From the human T2T-CHM13v2.0 reference genome, Homo sapiens: 64,000 nucleotides of DNA. Location: NCBI RefSeq assembly GCF_009914755.1, contig NC_060942.1. One strand, given 5' to 3'. How positions within the stretch are numbered: the stretch's first letter is position 1; every line of letters starts with the position of its first letter. Under the pieces are notes generated by a model that worked only from the letters and a program-made list of their open reading frames with translations, was not told the DNA's origin and did no database searches. Of this stretch, positions 1-11,800 are shown in pieces. A program made the position numbers and the translations under genes.

Positions 1-54
1 TTGAAACACTCTTTTTGTGGAATCTGCAAGTGGATATTTGGCTAGATTTGAGGA

Positions 55-71
55 TTTCGTTGGAAACGGGA
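55..71 (+). promoter_or_regulatory. CENP-B box, A type (representative of ~189 box positions)
   Basis: TTTCGTTGGAAACGGGA matches NTTCGNNNNANNCGGGN. Confidence 0.95.
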
Positions 72-221
72 TTACATATAAAAAGCAGACAGCAGCATTC
101 TCAGAAAGTTCTCTGTGATGATTGCATTCAAGTCACAGAATTGAACATTCCCTTTCACAGAGCAGGTTTGAAACACTCTTTTTGTAGTGTGTGTAAGTGG
201 ACATTTGGAGCACTTTCCGGC

Positions 222-238
222 CTAAGGTGAAAAAGGAA
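222..238 (-). promoter_or_regulatory. pJ-alpha-like box in the alternate monomer (representative)
   Basis: CTAAGGTGAAAAAGGAA occupies the position homologous to the CENP-B box and differs at one base from the recalled pJ-alpha motif (reverse complement of TTCCTTTTYCACCRTAG). Confidence 0.6.
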
Positions 239-392
239 ATATCTTCCCACAAAAACTAGACAGAAGCATTCTCAGAAACTTACTCGTGATGTGTGTCCTC
301 AACTAAAGGAGTAGAACCTTTCTATTCGTAGAGAAGTTTTGAAATGCTCTTTTTGTGGAATCTCCAAGTGGATATTTGGCTAGCTTTGAGGA

Positions 393-409
393 TTTCGTTG
401 GAAGCGGGA
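393..409 (+). promoter_or_regulatory. CENP-B box, B type (overlaps EcoRI site 408-413)
   Basis: TTTCGTTGGAAGCGGGA followed by ATTC. Confidence 0.95.
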
Positions 410-730
410 ATTCATACAAATTGCAGACTGCAGCGTTCTGAGAAACATCTTTGTGATGTTTGTATTCAGGACACAGAGAGGAACATTCCCTATCATAGAG
501 CAGGTTGGAATCACTCCTTTTGTAGTATCTGGAAGTGGACATTTGGAGCGCTTTCAGGCCTATGTTGAAAAAGGAAATATCTTCCCATAACAACTAGACA
601 CAAGCATTCTCAGAAACTTGTTTGTGATGTGTGCCCTCTACTGACAGAGTTGAACCTTTCTTTTCATAGAGCAGTTTTGAAACACTCTTTTTGTAGAATC
701 TGCAAGAGGATATTTGCATAGCTTTGAGGA

Positions 731-747
731 TTTCGTGGGAAACGGGA
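731..747 (+). promoter_or_regulatory. CENP-B box, C type
   Basis: TTTCGTGGGAAACGGGA with the nine core positions intact. Confidence 0.93.
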
Positions 748-1072
748 TTGTCTTCAGGTAAAATCTAGACAGAAGCATTCTCAGAAACTTCTTTGGGATG
801 TTTACATTCAAGTCACAGAGTAGAACATTCCCTTTGGTAGAGCAGGTTTGAAACCCTCTTTTTGTAGTATCTGGAAGTGGACATTTGGAGCGCTTTCTGG
901 CCCATGTTGGAAAGGGAAATATCTTCCCGTAACAACTAGGCAGAAGCATTCTCAGAAACTTATTTGAGATGTGTGTACTCAACTAAGAGAATTGAACCAC
1001 CGTTTTGAAGGAGCAGTTTTGAAACACTCTTTTTCTGGAATCTGCAAGAGTATATTTGCCTAGCCTTGAGGA

Positions 1073-1089
1073 TTTCGTTGGAAACGGGA
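1073..1089 (+). promoter_or_regulatory. CENP-B box, D type
   Basis: TTTCGTTGGAAACGGGA followed by TTGTCTTCAGA. Confidence 0.95.
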
Positions 1090-4000
1090 TTGTCTTCAGA
1101 TAAAATCTAGACAGAAGCATTCTCAGAAACTTCTTTGGGATGTTTGCATTCAAGTCACAGAGTAGAACATTCCCTTTGGTAGAGCAGGTTTGAAACACTC
1201 TTTTTTTAGTATATGGAAGTGGACATTTGGAGCACTTTCAGGCCTACGTTGGAAAAGGAAATATCTTCCCATAACAACTAGACAGAAGCATTCTCAGAAA
1301 CTAGTTTCTGATGTGTGTCCTCAACTAACACAGTTGAACTTTTGTTTAGACAGAACAGTTTTGAAACACTCTTTTTGTGGAATCTGCAAGTGGCTATTTG
1401 GCTAGATTTGAGGATTTCGTTGGAAACGGGATTACATATAAAAAGCAGACAGCAGCATTCTCAGAAAGTTCTTTGTGATGACTGCATTCAAGTCACAGAA
1501 TTGAACATTCCCTTTCACAGAGCAGGTTTGAAACACTCTTTTTGTAGTGTGTGTAAGTGGACATTTGGAGCGCTTTCCGGCCTAAGGTGAAAAAGGAAAT
1601 ATCTTCCCATAAAAACTAGACAGAAGCATTCTCAGAAACTTACTCGTGATGTGTGTCCTCAACTAAAGGAGTAGAAGCTTTCTATTCATAGAGAAGTTTT
1701 GAAACGCTCTTTTTGTGGAATCTCCAAGTGGATATTTGGCTAGTTTTGAGGATTTCGTTGGAAGCGGGAATTCATACAAATTGCAGACTGCAGCGTTCTG
1801 AGAAACATCTTTGTGATGTTTGTATTCAGGACACAGAGATGAACATTCCCTATCATAGAGCAGGTTGGAATCACTCCTTTTGTAGTATCTGGAAGTGGAC
1901 ATTTGGAGCGCTTTCAGGCCTATGTTGAAAAAGGAAATATCTTCCCATAACAACTAGACACAAGCATTCTCAGAAACTTGTTTGTGATGTGTGCCCTCTA
2001 CTGACAGAGTTGAACCTTTCTTTTCATAGAGCAGTTTTGAAACACTCTTTTTGTAGAATCTGCAAGAGGATATTTGCATAGCTTTGAGGATTTCGTGGGA
2101 AACGTGATTGTCTTCAGGTAAAATCTAGACAGAAGCATTCTCAGAAACTTCTTTGGGATGTTTGCATTCAAGTCACAGAGTAGAACATTCCCTTTGGTAG
2201 AGCAGGTTTGAAACCCACTTTTTGTAGTATCTGGAAGTGGACATTTTGAGCGCATTCAGGCCCATGTTGGAAAGGGAAATATCTTCCCGTAACAACTAGG
2301 CAGAAGCATTCTCAGAAACTTATTTGAGATGTGTGTACTCAACTAAGAGAATTGAACCACCGTTTTGAAGGAGCAGTTTTGAAACACTCTTTTTCTGGAA
2401 TCTGCAAGAGGATATTTGCCTAGCCTTGAGGATTTCGTTGGAAACGGGATTGTCTTCAGATAAAATCTAGACAGAAGCATTCTCAGAAACTTCTTTGGGA
2501 TGTTTGCATTCAAGTCACAGAGTAGAATATTCCCTTTGGTAGAGCAGGTTTGAAACACTCTTTTTTTAGTATATGGAAGTGGACATTTGGAGCGCTTTCA
2601 GGCCTACGTTGGAAAAGGAAATATCTTCCCATAACAACTAGACAGAAGCATTCTCAGAAACTAGTTTCTGATGTGTGTCCTCAACTAACACAGTTGAACT
2701 TTTCTTTAGACAGGACAGTTTTGAAACACTCTTTTTGTGGAATCTGCAAGTGGATATTTAGCTAGATTTGAGGATTTCGTTGGAAACGGGATTACATATA
2801 AAAAGCAGACAGCAGCATTCTCAGAAAGTTCTTTGTGATGATTGCATTCAAGTCACAGAATTGAACATTCCCTTTCAAAGAGCAGGTTTGAAACACTCTT
2901 TATGTAGTGTGTGTAAGTGGACATTTGGAGCGCTTTCCGGCCTAAGGTGAAAAAGGAAATATCTTCCCATAAAAACTAGACAGAAGCATTCTCAGAAACT
3001 TACTCGTGATGTGTGTCCTCAACTAAAGGAGTAGAACCTTTCTATTCATAGAGAAGTTTTGAAATGCTCTTTTTGTGGAATCTCCAAGTGGATATTTGGC
3101 TAGTTTTGAGGATTTCGTTGGAAGCGGGAATTCATACAAATTGCAGACTGCAGCGTTCTGAGAAACATCTTTGTGATGTTTGTATTCAGGACACAGAGAT
3201 GAACATTCCCTATGATAGAGCAGGTTGGAATCACTCCTTTTGTAGTATCTGGAAGTGGACATTTGGAGCGCTTTCAGGCCTATGTTGAAAAAGGAAATAT
3301 CTTCCCATAACAACTAGACACAAGCATTCTCAGAAACTTGTTTGTGATATGTGCCCTCTACTGACAGAGCTGAACCTTTCTTTTCATAGAGCAGTTTTGA
3401 AACACTCTTTTTGTAGAATCTGCAAGAGGATATTTGCATAGATTTGAGGATTTCGTGGGAAACGGGATTGTCTTCAGGTAAAATCTAGACAGAAGCATTC
3501 TCAGAAACTTCTTTGGGATGTTTGCATTCAAGTCACAGAGTAGAACATTATCTTTGGTAGAGCAGGTTTGAAACCCTCTTTTTGTAGTATCTGGAAGTGG
3601 ACATTTGGAGCGCTTTCAGGCCCATGTTGGAAAGGGAAATATCTTCCCGTAACAACTAGGCAGAAGCATTCTCAGAAACTTATTTGAGATGTGTGTACTC
3701 AACTAAGAGAATTGAACCACCGTTTTGAAGGAGCAGTTTTGAAACACTCTTTTTCTGGAATCTGCAAGAGTATATTTGCCTAGCCTTGAGGATTTCGTTG
3801 GAAACGGGATTGTCTTCAGATAAAATCTAGACAGAAGCATTCTCAGAAACTTCTTTGGGATGTTTGCATTCAAGTCACAGAGTAGAACATTCCCTTTGGT
3901 AGAGCAGGTTTGAAACACACTTTTTTTAGTATATGGAAGTGGACATTTGGAGCGCTTTCAGGCCTACGTTGGAAAAGGAAATATCTTCCCATAACAACTA

Positions 4001-7000
4001 GACAGAAGCATTCTCAGAAACTAGTTTCTGATGTGTGTCCTCAACTAACACAGTTGAACTTTTCTTTAGACAGAACAGTTTTGAAACACTCTTTTTGTGG
4101 AATCTGCAAGTGGATATTTGGCTAGATTTGAGGATTTCGTTGGAAACGGGATTACATATAAAGAGCAGACAGCAGCATTCTCAGAAAGTTCTTTGTGATG
4201 ATTGCATTCAAGTCACAGAATTGAACATTCCCTTTCACAGAGCAAGTTTGAAACTCTCTTTTTGTAGTGTGTGTAAGTGGACATTTGGAGCGCTTTCCGG
4301 CCTAAGGTGAAAAAGGAAATATCTTCCCATAAAAACTAGACAGAAGCATTCTCAGAAACTTACTCGTGATGTGTGTCCTCAACTAAAGGAGTAGAACCTT
4401 TCTATTCATAGAGAAGTTTTGAAACGCTCTTTTTGTGGAATCTCCAAGTGGATATTTGGCTAGTTTTGAGGATTTCGTTGGAAGCGGGAATTCATACAAA
4501 TTGCAGACTGCAGCGTTCTGAGAAACATCTTTGTGATGTTTGTATTCAGGACACAGAGATGAACATTCCCTATCATAGAGCAGGTTTGAATCACTCCTTT
4601 TCTAGTATCTGGAAGTGGACATTTGGAGCGCTTTCAGGCCTATGTTGAAAAAGGAAATATCTTCCCATAACAACTAGACACAAGCATTCTCAGAAACTTG
4701 TTTGTGATGTGTGCCCTCTACTGACAGAGTTGAACCTTTCTTTTCATAGAGCAGTTTTGAAACACTCTTTTTGTAGAATCTGCAAGAGGATATTTGCATA
4801 GCTTTGAGGATTTCGTGGGAAACGGGATTGTCTTCAGGTAAAATCTAGACAGAAGCATTCTCAGAAACTTCTTTGGGATGTTTGCATTCAAGTCACAGAG
4901 TAGAACATTCCCTTTGGTAGAGCAGGTTTGAAACCCTCCTTTTGTAGTATCTGGAAGTGGACATTTGGAGCGCTTTCAGGCCCATGTTGGAAAGCGAAAT
5001 ATCTTCCCGTAACAACTAGGCAGAAGCATTCTCAGAAACTTATTTGAGATGTGTGTACTCAACTAAGAGAATTGAACCACCGTTTTGAAGGAGCAGTTTT
5101 GAAACACTCTTTTTCTGGAATCTGCAAGAGTATATTTGCCTAGCCTTGAGGATTTCGTTGGAAACGGGATTGTCTTCAGATAAAATCTAGACAGAAGCAT
5201 TCTCAGAAACTTCTTTGGGATGTTTGCATTCAAGTCACAGAGTAGAACATTCCCTTTGGTAGAGCAGTTTTGAAACACTCTTTTTTTAGTATATGGAAGT
5301 GGACATTTGGAGCGCTTTCAGGCCTACGTTGGAAAAGGAAATATCTTCCCATAACAACTAGACAGAAGCATTCTCAGAAACTAGTTTCTGATGTGTGTCC
5401 TCAACTAACACAGTTGAACTTTTCTTTAGACAGAACAGTTTTGAAACACTCTTTTTGTGGAATCTGCAAGTGGATATTTGGCTAGATTTGAGGATTTCGT
5501 TGGAAACGGGATTACATATAAAAAGCAGACAGCAGCATTCTCAGAAAGTTCTTTGTGATGATTGCATTCAAGTCACAGAATTGAACATTGCCTTTCACAG
5601 AGCAGGTTTGAAACACTCTTTTTGTAGTGTGTGTAAGTGGACATTTGGAGCGCTTTCCGGCCTAAGGTGAAAAAGGAAATATCTTCCCATAAAAACTAGA
5701 CAGAAGCATTCTCAGAAACTTACTCGTGATGTGTGTCCTCAACTAAAGGAGTAGAACCTTTCTATTCATAGAGAAGTTTTGAAACGCTCTTTTTGTGGAA
5801 TCTCCAAGTGGATATTTGGGTAGTTTTGAGGATTCCGTTGGAAGCGGGAATTCATACAAATTGCAGACTGCAGCGTTATGAGAAACATCTTTGTGATGTT
5901 TGTATTCAGGACACAGAGATGAACATTCCCTATCATAGAGCAGGTTGGAATCACTCCTTTTGTAGTATCTGGAAGTGGACATTTGGAGCGCTTTCAGGCC
6001 TATGTTGAAAAAGTAAATATCTTCCCATAACAACTAGACACAAGCATTCTCAGAAACTTGTTTGTGATGTGTGACCTCTACTGACAGAGTTGAACCTTTC
6101 TTTTCATAGAGCAGTTTTGAAACACTCTTTTTGTAGAATCTGCAAGAGGATATTTGCATAGCTTTGAGGATTTCGTGGGAAACGGGATTGTCTTCAGGTA
6201 AAATCTAGACAGAAGCATTCTCAGAAACTTCTTTGGGATGTTTGCATTCAAGTCACAGAGTAGAACATTCCCTTTGGTAGAGCAGGTTTGAAACCCTCTT
6301 TTTGTAGTATCTGGAAGTGGACATTTGGAGCGCTTTCAGGCCCATGTTGGAAAGGGAAATATCTTCCCGTAACAACTAGGCAGAAGCATTCTCAGAAACT
6401 TATTTGAGATGTGTGTACTCAACTAAGAGAATTGAACCACCGTTTTCAAGGAGCAGTTTTGAAACACTCTTTTTCTGGAATCTGCAAGAGTATATTTGCC
6501 TAGCCTTGAGGATTTCGTTGGAAACGGGATTGTCTTCAGATAAAATCTAGACAGAAGCATTCTCAGAAACTTCTTTGGGATGTTTGCATTCAAGTCACAG
6601 AGTAGAACATTCCCTTTGGTAGAGCAGGTTTGAAACACTCTTTTTTTAGTATATGGAAATGGACATTTGGAGCGCTTTCAGGCCTACGTTGGAAAAGGAA
6701 ATATCTTCCCATAACAACTAGACAGAAGCATTCTCAGAAACTAGTTTCTGATGTGTGTCCTCAACTAACACAGTTGAACTTTTCTTTAGACAGAACAGTT
6801 TTGAAACACTCTTTTTGTGGAATCTGCAAGTGGATATTTGGCTAGATTTGAGGATTTCGTTGGAAACGGGATTACATATAAAAAGCAGACAGCAGCATTC
6901 TCAGAAAGTTCTTTGTGATGATTGCATTCAAGTCACAGAATTGAACATTCCCTTTCACAGAGCAGGTTTGAAACACTCTTTTTGTAGTGTGTGTAAGTGG

Positions 7001-8214
7001 ACATTTGGAGCGCTTTCCGGCCTAAGGTGAAAAAGGAAATATCTTCCCATAAAAACTAGACAGAAGCATTCTCAGAAACTTACTCGTGATGTGTGCCCTC
7101 AACTAAAGGAGTAGAACCTTTCTATTCATAGAGAAGTTTTGAAACGCTCTTTTTGTGGAATCTCCAAGTGGATATTTGGGTAGTTTTGAGGATTCCGTTG
7201 GAAGCGGGAATTCATACAAATTGCAGACTGCAGCGTTATGAGAAACATCTTTGTGATGTTTGTATTCAGGACACAGAGATGAACATTCCCTATCATAGAG
7301 CAGGTTGGAATCACTCCTTTTGTAGTATCTGGAAGTGGACATTTGGAGCGCTTTCAGGCCTATGTTGAAAAAGTAAATATCTTCCCATAACAACTAGACA
7401 CAAGCATTCTCAGAAACTTGTTTGTGATGTGTGACCTCTACTGACAGAGTTGAACCTTTCTTTTCATAGAGCAGTTTTGAAACACTCTTTTTGTAGAATC
7501 TGCAAGAGGATATTTGCATAGCTTTGAGGATTTCGTGGGAAACGGGATTGTCTTCAGGTAAAATCTAGACAGAAGCATTCTCAGAAACTTCTTTGGGATG
7601 TTTGCATTCAAGTCACAGAGTAGAACATTCCCTTTGGTAGAGCAGGTTTGAAACCCTCTTTTTGTAGTATCTGGAAGTGGACATTTGGAGCGCTTTCAGG
7701 CCCATGTTGGAAAGGGAAATATCTTCCCGTAACAACTAGGCAGAAGCATTCTCAGAAACTTATTTGAGATGTGTGTACTCAACTAAGAGAATTGAACCAC
7801 CGTTTTCAAGGAGTAGTTTTGAAACACTCTTTTTCTGGAATCTGCAAGAGTATATTTGCCTAGCCTTGAGGATTTCGTTGGAAACGGGATTGTCTTCAGA
7901 TAAAATCTAGACAGAAGCATTCTCAGAAACTTCTTTGGGATGTTTGCATTCAAGTCACAGAGTAGAACATTCCCTTTGGTAGAGCAGGTTTGAAACACTC
8001 TTTTTTTAGTATATGGAAATGGACATTTGGAGCGCTTTCAGGCCTACGTTGGAAAAGGAAATATCTTCCCATAACAACTAGACAGAAGCATTCTCAGAAA
8101 CTAGTTTCTGATGTGTGTCCTCAACTAACACAGTTGAACTTTTCTTTAGACAGAACAGTTTTGAAACACTCTTTTTGTGGAATCTGCAAGTGGATATTTG
8201 GCTAGATTTGAGGA

Positions 8215-8889
8215 TTTCGTTGGAAACGGGATTACATATAAAAAGCAGACAGCAGCATTCTCAGAAAGTTCTTTGTGATGATTGCATTCAAGTCACAGAA
8301 TTGAACATTCCCTTTCACAGAGCAGGTTTGAAACACTCTTTTTGTAGTGTGTGTAAGTGGACATTTGGAGCGCTTTCCGGCCTAAGGTGAAAAAGGAAAT
8401 ATCTTCCCATAAAACTAGACAGAAGCATTCTCAGAAACTTACTCGTGATGTGTGTCCTCAACTAAAGGAGTAGAACCTTTCTATTCATAGAGAAGGTTTG
8501 AAACGCTCTTTTTGTGGAATCTCCAAGTGGATATTTGGCTAGTTTTGAGGATTTCGTTGGAAGCGGGAATTCATACAAATTGCAGACTGCAGCGTTCTGA
8601 GAAACATCTACGTGATGTTTGTATTCAGGACACAGAGATGAACATTCCCTATCATAGAGCAGGTTGGAATCACTCCTTTTGTAGTATCTGGAAGTGGACA
8701 TTTGGAGCGCTTTCAGGCCTATGTTGAAAAAGGAAATATCTTCCCATAACAACTAGACACAAGCATTCTCAGAAACTTGTTTGTGATGTGTGTACTCAAC
8801 TAAGAGAATTGAACCACCGTTTTGAAGGAGCAGTTTTGAAACACTCTTTTTCTGGAATCTGCAAGTGGATATTTGGTTAGATTTGAGGA
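8215..8889 (+). repeat. 4-mer structural variant (A-B, 675 bp), junction type 1
   Basis: A boxes at 8215 and 8890. C and D dimers are absent, with a hybrid monomer at ~8770-8890 and a 1-bp deletion near 8411. Confidence 0.92.
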
Positions 8890-11800
8890 TTTCGTTGGAA
8901 ACGGGATTACATATAAAAAGCAGACAGCAGCAGTCTCAGAAAGTTCTTTGTGATGATTGCATTCAAGTCACAGAATTGAACATTCCCTTTCACAGAGCAG
9001 GTTTGAAACACTCTTTTTGTAGTGTGTGTAAGTGGACATTTGGAGCGCTTTCCGGCCTAAGGTGAAAAAGGAAATATCTTCCCATAAAAACTTGACAGAA
9101 CCATTCTCAGAAACTTACTCGTGATGTGTGTCCTCAACTAAAGGAGTAGAACCTTTCTATTCATAGAGAAGTTTTGAAACGCTCTTTTTGTGGAATCTCC
9201 AAGTGGATATTTGGCTAGTTTTGAGGATTTCGTTGGAAGCGGGAATTCATACAAATTGCAGACTGCAGCGTTCTGAGAAACATCTTTGTGATGTTTGTAT
9301 TCAGGACACAGAGAGGAACATTTCCTATCATAGAGCAGGTTCGAATCACTCCTTTTGTAGTATCTGGAAGTGGACATTTGGAGCGCTTTCAGGCCTATGT
9401 TGAAAAAGGAAATATCTTCCCATAACAACTAGACACAAGCATTCTCAGAAACTTGTTTGTGATGTGTGCCCTCTACTGACAGAGTTGAACCTTTCTTTTC
9501 ATAGAGCAGTTTTGAAACACTCTTTTTGTAGAATCTGCAAGAGGATATTTGCATAGCTTTGAGGATTTCGTGGGAAACGGGATTGTCTTCAGGTAAAATC
9601 TAGACAGAAGCATTCTCAGAAACTTCTTTGGGATGTTTACATTCAAGTCACAGAGTAGAACATTCCCTTTGGTAGAGCAGGTTTGAAACCCTCTTTTTGT
9701 AGTATCTGGAAGTGGACATTTGGAGCGCTTTCTGGCCCATGTTGCAAAGGGAAATATCTTCCCGTAACAACTAGGCAGAAGCATTCTCAGAAACTTATTT
9801 GAGATGTGTGTACTCAACTAAGAGAATTGAACCACCGTTTTGAAGGAGCAGTTTTGAAACACTCTTTTTCTGGAATCTGCAAGAGGATATTTGCCTAGCC
9901 TTGAGGATTTCGTTGGAAACGGGATTGTCTTCAGATAAAATCTAGACAGAAGCATTCTCAGAAACTTCTTTGGGATGTTTGCATTCAAGTCACAGAGTAG
10001 AACATTCCCTTTGGTAGAGCAGGTTTGAAACACTCTTTTTTTAGTATATGGAAGTGGACATTTGGAGCACTTTCAGGCCTACGTTGGAAAAGGAAATATC
10101 TTCCCATAACAACTAGACAGAAGCATTCTCAGAAACTAGTTTCTGATGTGTGTCCTCAACTAACACAGTTGAACTTTTCTTTAGACAGAACAGTTTTGAA
10201 ACACTCTTTTTGTGGAATCTGCAAGTGGATATTTGGCTAGATTTGAGGATTTCGTTGGAAACGGGATTACATATAAAAAGCAGACAGCAGCATTCTCAGA
10301 AAGTTCTTTGTGATGACTGCATTCAAGTCACAGAATTGAACATTCCCTTTCACAGAGCAGGTTTGAAACACTCTTTTTGTAGTGTGTGTAAGTGGACATT
10401 TGGAGCGCTTTCCGGCCTAAGGTGAAAAAGGAAATATCTTCCCATAAAAACTAGACAGAAGCATTCTCAGAAACTTACTCGTGATGTGTGTCCTCAACTA
10501 AAGGAGTAGAAGCTTTCTATTCATAGAGAAGTTTTGAAACGCTCTTTTTGTGGAATCTCCAAGTGGATATTTGGCTAGTTTTGAGGATTTCGTTGGAAGC
10601 GGGAATTCATACAAATTGCAGACTGCAGCGTTCTGAGAAACATCTTTGTGATGTTTGTATTCAGGACACAGAGATGAACATTCCCTATCATAGAGCAGGT
10701 TGGAATCACTCCTTTTGTAGTATCTGGAAGTGGACATTTGGAGCGCTTTCAGGCCTATGTTGAAAAAGGAAATATCTTCCCATAACAACTAGACACAAGC
10801 ATTCTCAGAAACTTGTTTGTGATGTGTGCCCTCTACTGACAGAGTTGAACCTTTCTTTTCATAGAGCAGTTTTGAAACACTCTTTTTGTAGAATCTGCAA
10901 GAGGATATTTGCATAGCTTTGAGGATTTCGTGGGAAACGGGATTGTCTTCAGGTAAAATCTAGACAGAAGCATTCTCAGAAACTTCTTTGGGATGTTTGC
11001 ATTCAAGTCACAGAGTAGAACATTCCCTTTGGTAGAGCAGGTTTGAAACCCTCTTTTTGTAGTATCTGGAAGTGGACATTTGGAGCGCTTTCAGGCCCAT
11101 GTTGGAAAGGGAAATATCTTCCCGTAACAACTAGGCAGAAGCATTCTCAGAAACTTATTTGAGATGTGTGTACTCAACTAAGAGAATTGAACCACCGTTT
11201 TGAAGGAGCAGTTTTCAAACACTCTTTTTCTGGAATCTGCAAGAGTATATTTGCCTAGCCTTGAGAATTTCGTTGGAAACGGGATTGTCTTCAGATCAAA
11301 TCTAGACAGAAGCATTCTCAGAAACTTCTTTGGGATGTTTGCATTCAAGTCACAGAGTAGAACATTCCCTTTGGTAGAGCAGGTTTGAAACACTCTTTTT
11401 TTAGTATATGGAAGTGGACATTTGGAGCGCTTTCAGGCCTACGTTGGAAAAGGAAATATCTTCCCATAACAACTAGACAGAAGCATTCTCAGAAACTAGT
11501 TTCTGATGTGTGTCCTCAACTAACACAGTTGAACTTTTCTTTAGACAGAACAGTTTTGAAACACTCTTTTTGTGGAATCTGCAAGTGGATATTTGGCTAG
11601 ATTTGAGGATTTCGTTGGAAACGGGATTACATATAAAAAGCAGACAGCAGCATTCTCAGAAAGTTCTTTGTGATGATTGCATTCAAGTCACAGAATTGAA
11701 CATTCCCTTTCACAGAGCAGGTTTGAAACACTCTTTTTGTAGTGTGTGTAAGTGGACATTTGGAGCGCTTTCCGGCCTAAGGTGAAAAAGGAAATATCTT

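Larger units (their letters stand above)
55..8214 (+). repeat. Six 8-mer HOR units (1360 bp, dimers A-B-C-D)
   Basis: A-type boxes at 55, 1415, 2775, 4135, 5495, 6855, 8215. Internal box spacing is 338/338/342/342 (55, 393, 731, 1073, 1415). The ORF track repeats with a 1360 period. Confidence 0.96.

Noticed and set aside
76-84. TATA-like TATAAAAA after each A and E box
   Set aside because: It is an AT-rich part of the monomer. The sequence alone gives no evidence of promoter function.
8215-10249. Apparent 2035-bp period suggesting a 12-mer in the left domain
   Set aside because: It is a 675-bp 4-mer plus a 1360-bp 8-mer (A-B-A-B-C-D) with no E dimer.
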